Source: Eledone cirrhosa (taxonomy: Eukaryota). From it: DNA of 64,000 nt. The notes under the pieces were generated by a model. The model did not search any database. It saw nothing but the letters and a program-made list of their open reading frames with translations, and had not been told where the DNA came from. Positions within the stretch are counted from its first letter, which is position 1. The number at the start of each line of letters is the position of its first letter. Made by a program: the position numbers and the translations under genes. Positions 59,755 to 64,000 of the stretch are shown piece by piece. The DNA lies in NCBI GenBank assembly GCA_964016885.1, contig OZ024754.1, positions 43,338,001 to 43,402,000 of the forward strand, in the 5' to 3' direction.

Positions 59755-59947
59755 GAAAAAGTATGACCCCGACGGCAGAGCTCAAGCCGTTTCGACGGCT
59801 ATTTCTGGCGTCCAGAAATAGCCGTCGAAACGGCTTGAGCTCTGCCGTCGGGGTCATACTTTTTCCTATTTCCCACTCAACTACCCTAAGTATTGAGTAC
59901 TCTGGTGCGTTATGGTCCATCTGGTTCCTTACCACAATTCCTTTGTT
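59755..59947. mobile_element. Fold-back element family A: perfect 54-bp arms, 3-nt loop, tail
   Basis: 59755-59808 / cgt / 59812-59865; (TA)n flanks. Confidence 0.85.
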
Positions 59948-60101
59948 ATATATATATATATATATATATTTGTGTGTGTGTATTTCTATACATGTAAGTA
60001 TATACACATATATATGTCTTCGAACAATAAAAACCTGTATCTACCAATAAATCTAACTTCCAATCTATCTGTATACCTACCTACAAATTTACCTAACCAT
60101 A

Positions 60102-60135
<34 letters not shown>

Positions 60136-60145
60136 CCTACCTACC

Positions 60146-60224
<79 letters not shown>

Positions 60225-60762
60225 GACGAGGTATTAAACAACCCATTTGTGGCGCCTCCCCCTTATTGGGGATTTCGATTGTTAAAATTGTTTGTTTTAT
60301 ATTTTTTTTTATACGATTATATGTAAAATCCCCGACATGTCTTTGTTTTGTCCCCTTTTCTTGTGCGCCCTCTTGGCTAATAAAGAAATATATCTATCCT
60401 TGTTGTAGTTATTGTGGCTCTTGCCCGAAAAATGAATTCATTGGTAAAATGATTCATATAAATAGAGAAACCTAGGATTCTATTTATGTATATTTACCAA
60501 TGTATCACCCTTAGGACAAAAGCCACAATAACGACAACAAAGGACAAATCCCAAAAGGATGTTTGATAATTATTAAAGAACTTATGGAGGGGAACTGTTG
60601 TAAAATGAATTACTGCAGTAGTCGTAATAACGGAAGAGTGTTTCACGCATCTTTTCATGGAATAATCTAATCAAGGAATTATTTAATTAAATATGACTTA
60701 ATATAAAAGAAATATTTTTTACGGGTACTGAGCTAATATACATATACATACACACACATATA

Positions 60763-60838
<76 letters not shown>

Positions 60839-61550
60839 CCCAATCATTGAGGCGGGGAATTTTGGAAATTTTTAAAACGCCTAGTAGGATACCTTGCAGT
60901 ATTTTTTTTCCGTTTCTTTGCTTTCTGATTTCAAATCCCTACTCCACTAAATTCTTACAAGGGCGGCCAACAACTCCCGCCATCAAACAATGTTGCATGA
61001 CAGAATTGTTTAACGAAGTGTCCCAAATATTTTCATCTTACCCCTCTCAGTGGCACCGCAACAGCTGGAGGGGGATCTGAGAATCCAGAGTACCACACAC
61101 TTTATTTAATGTCTCTCTCTCTCTCTCTCCCTCTCTCTCTCTCTGCTCCTGTTCCTTACATACTCTCTCTGTACACACCCGGGACTTATAGCTCGGAAGG
61201 GAACATTCTAGGTGCAAATCCCATGGTCGTTCTTGTCCGAAGGGGTCCTTTACTCTCCCTGTACACACCCACAATCAACACACACACACACACACAACTA
61301 TATCCACACTAATATACATAGGCACACAGAGACACACACACACACACACACACACCCTATATATTAAATTGTGCGCTAAACAACAGAAGTATACAATGAT
61401 TTCATAACTGTGGTTTAATTAAAGATGTGATTTATCCAATTTAAAACGAAATACTTCGATCTCAGCCTGTTTAAATGTCGATAGTCGCAGTTTGTATTTA
61501 TACACAGAGACCACTGTTCTGTTTAATATATACAGTTATAAACTTACGTA

Positions 61551-61583
<33 letters not shown>

Positions 61584-61610
61584 GCGCACACACACAACAC
61601 ATATAGCAAT

Positions 61611-61785
61611 AATTGTTTCTACTTTTGGCACAAGGCCAGCAATTATCCCAGTGTATTACTGTTACTTTATTTAATCGACCCCGTAAAGATGAAAGGCAAA
61701 GTTAACCTCGGTGGGATTTGAACTCAGAAAGGCAAGGGCCGTAACTCTATGCTTGGCGTCCGACCCTCTACCGATACTGCCATTC
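61611..61785 (-). mobile_element. SINE family 1, full length
   Basis: Matches 50582-50760. Confidence 0.85.
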
Positions 61786-62078
61786 CACTATAATAAATGC
61801 GAAAACTAAAATCCATAGAGGGCTCGATAAGGATAAATATATATCAAATATATAAGAACCGTAGAGTAAATATTTATTAAAATAAGGGTGAAAGCAGCGA
61901 TTCTTTGCTTAGACTTTAATCTGTTATTTTAATATATATATTGGAAAAGTAAATAACAACAACAAGGAGTAGAGTTGCGAAAGGTGTTAGATATTAGGTT
62001 CACGCTTGAGAGTGGGGTGTGTATATATATATATATACGATATTAACAAATGGAAACTATATTTATAAAACCATATTT

Positions 62079-62141
62079 ATTTCATTATACATATTTCAAG
62101 GATACCATGTTAAATTATGGTGTGCCTTCATCAGACAAAAT
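62079..62141 (-). ncRNA. Type I hammerhead ribozyme motif (family C/D; element 62040-62245)
   Basis: attttgt CTGATGA aggc-acaccat..atggtat-cctt GAA ATATGTAT A atgaaat. Confidence 0.8.
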
Positions 62142-62242
62142 ACAATATATACCAGTTATATTACTCCAAATACTTGTCGAGTGCCTTATATCAGTTATAA
62201 AAATATTTGCTTGTTGTATCCCAACAATTTAAATAGAACTTT

Positions 62243-62309
<67 letters not shown>

Positions 62310-62312
<3 letters not shown>

Positions 62313-62540
62313 CATATGATTAGAATGTCTCAGGAAAGAATCGCTTGACAGATTTTTCGGGCAAAAGCAATCGTGAAGAGACCCGGGGTAGACCCCGAGC
62401 AAGATAGTTGGATAACATACATGAGCTTGGCTGGTCTCGCTTGAGGATCTAGCTGGATGAATTGGGGACGGTTGTTTCTGGCAGGAAGGGTTGTTTGAGG
62501 ACACCAAGATCCTCTCAGGAAATAAGTGGCCGAAGAAGAA
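62310..62540 (+). mobile_element. Decayed RTE-clade LINE 3' region
   Basis: HMIRMSQERIA*QIFRAKAIVKRP/GRPRAR*LDNIHELGWSRLRI*LDEL matches the GH..RM...R........RPRGRPR.RW.D pattern; contains stops and a frameshift. Confidence 0.75.
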
Positions 62541-62552
62541 GAAAATATATGC

Positions 62553-62631
<79 letters not shown>

Positions 62632-62634
62632 GAC

Positions 62635-62680
<46 letters not shown>

Positions 62681-62683
62681 GTC

Positions 62684-62730
<47 letters not shown>

Positions 62731-62816
62731 TCGCGCGTGTGTGTCTGTATATATTGATATAATATATTACTGAGGTTACTTTCTGTCCCCCCCCCCCACA
62801 CACACATATATATATA

Positions 62817-62865
<49 letters not shown>

Positions 62866-63515
62866 ACATATATACATATATACATATATATATATATATT
62901 ACATATACATATACATATTATAAAGAAGAGCGATAGTTACTGTAATGCGCATTTCGAAGACATCAAAATGGTTGCGTAATAATCATTTGATGTGTTATCA
63001 CAGGTATACAGGTGTAATAAATTATTTCTTTAGACATATATACATTAACAAGTAAGTAGGTTTTGAAACAGCGACCGAATTTAAAATTAGAAATAGAAGT
63101 TTTCGCCGTACTTTTGACTACAGAAATGTTAGCCTGATAGTGGGGTTTAGATCCCTCTAAGAAATGGAAAAAAACATCAACTCATCGTTTTCCATTTCTT
63201 AGAGGGTTCTAAACCCCACTATCAGGCTAAACTTTCTGTAGTGTAAAATACGGCAAGAGCCTCTATTTCTAATATATATTAACATATAAGTCTAGTTGAA
63301 CTAGGAAGCAGTGAGTATTTTGAAATTTGTGAAGATAATTCAAAGTAATAGGTGGATAAACCAAAGAACCCGCGACCAGTGAAACCTGCAGCAAATTGAG
63401 CAGAGTCATAACGTTTACATCTTAATATATATATCTACACACACGCATGTATATATATATATACACACACATATATATATAAATGTATATATATATATAC
63501 ACACACATATATGTA

Positions 63516-63554
<39 letters not shown>

Positions 63555-63689
63555 ATATATGTATATATACATATACATATATATCTGTATATATTTATAT
63601 ACATATACATATATGCATGAATATATACATATATATATATATATTTATACATACATAGATATATATATAGAGAGAGAGATATTTATATA

Positions 63690-63812
63690 TATATCTATCT
63701 ATCTAAGGCGGGTAAAATTCCCGAGATCCATGGACGAGTTCTCTCCAGCGGTCTCTGTCCCTCATTATCGCTGCCATATCCTGCATCTCCAACAGACCAG
63801 TGTCTGTCCTTA
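63690..63812 (-). mobile_element. RTE-clade LINE 3' end with (TAGA)n tail
   Basis: [35 protein letters not shown]. Confidence 0.75.
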
Positions 63813-64000
63813 TATATACGTGTATTATATTGGTGTATGTGTGTGTGTATGTGTGTGTGTCGCTCTGTGTGTGTGTGTGTGTATAACATTGGTGTATGTG
63901 TGTGTGTATGTGTGTGTGTCGCTCTGTGTGTGTGTGTGTGTATAACATTGGTGTATGTGTGTGTGTTGTTGTAGGCTGCGATGTTGACCCGACCCTCAGA

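Noticed and set aside
59763-60050. Recurrent peptide MVRNQMDHNAPEYSILRVVEWEIGKSMTPTAELK as a multicopy gene, or the hairpin as a pre-miRNA
   Set aside because: It is the family A repeat read through; the starts are non-ATG or within TA tracts and the hairpin is the element's inversion

Overview
Very AT-rich, microsatellite-saturated eukaryotic (animal) non-coding DNA. The SINE types and (TA)n/(CA)n/(CTA)n load suggest an octopus or other coleoid cephalopod, which is an inference. Almost all ORFs in the supplied track are microsatellite artefacts and no intact multi-exon gene could be assembled; one GC-rich exon candidate lies at the left edge. Recognisable content: two tRNA-headed SINE families, RTE-clade LINE fragments, piggyBac-, hAT- and Tc1/mariner-type MITEs, and two minisatellite arrays. 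The main signal is about 20 type I hammerhead ribozyme motifs (helix I - CUGANGA - helix II - GAAA - short, often palindromic helix III - UH - helix I) from several unrelated sequence families. They sit in short non-coding fold-back (inverted-repeat) elements embedded in (TA)n tracts, best read as Penelope-like element pLTR derivatives. Two copies carry the compensatory U3-A8 core, and several families share an ACTC...GAGTRC hairpin in the 3' tail. All folds and alignments were done by eye; coordinates may be off by a few bases.
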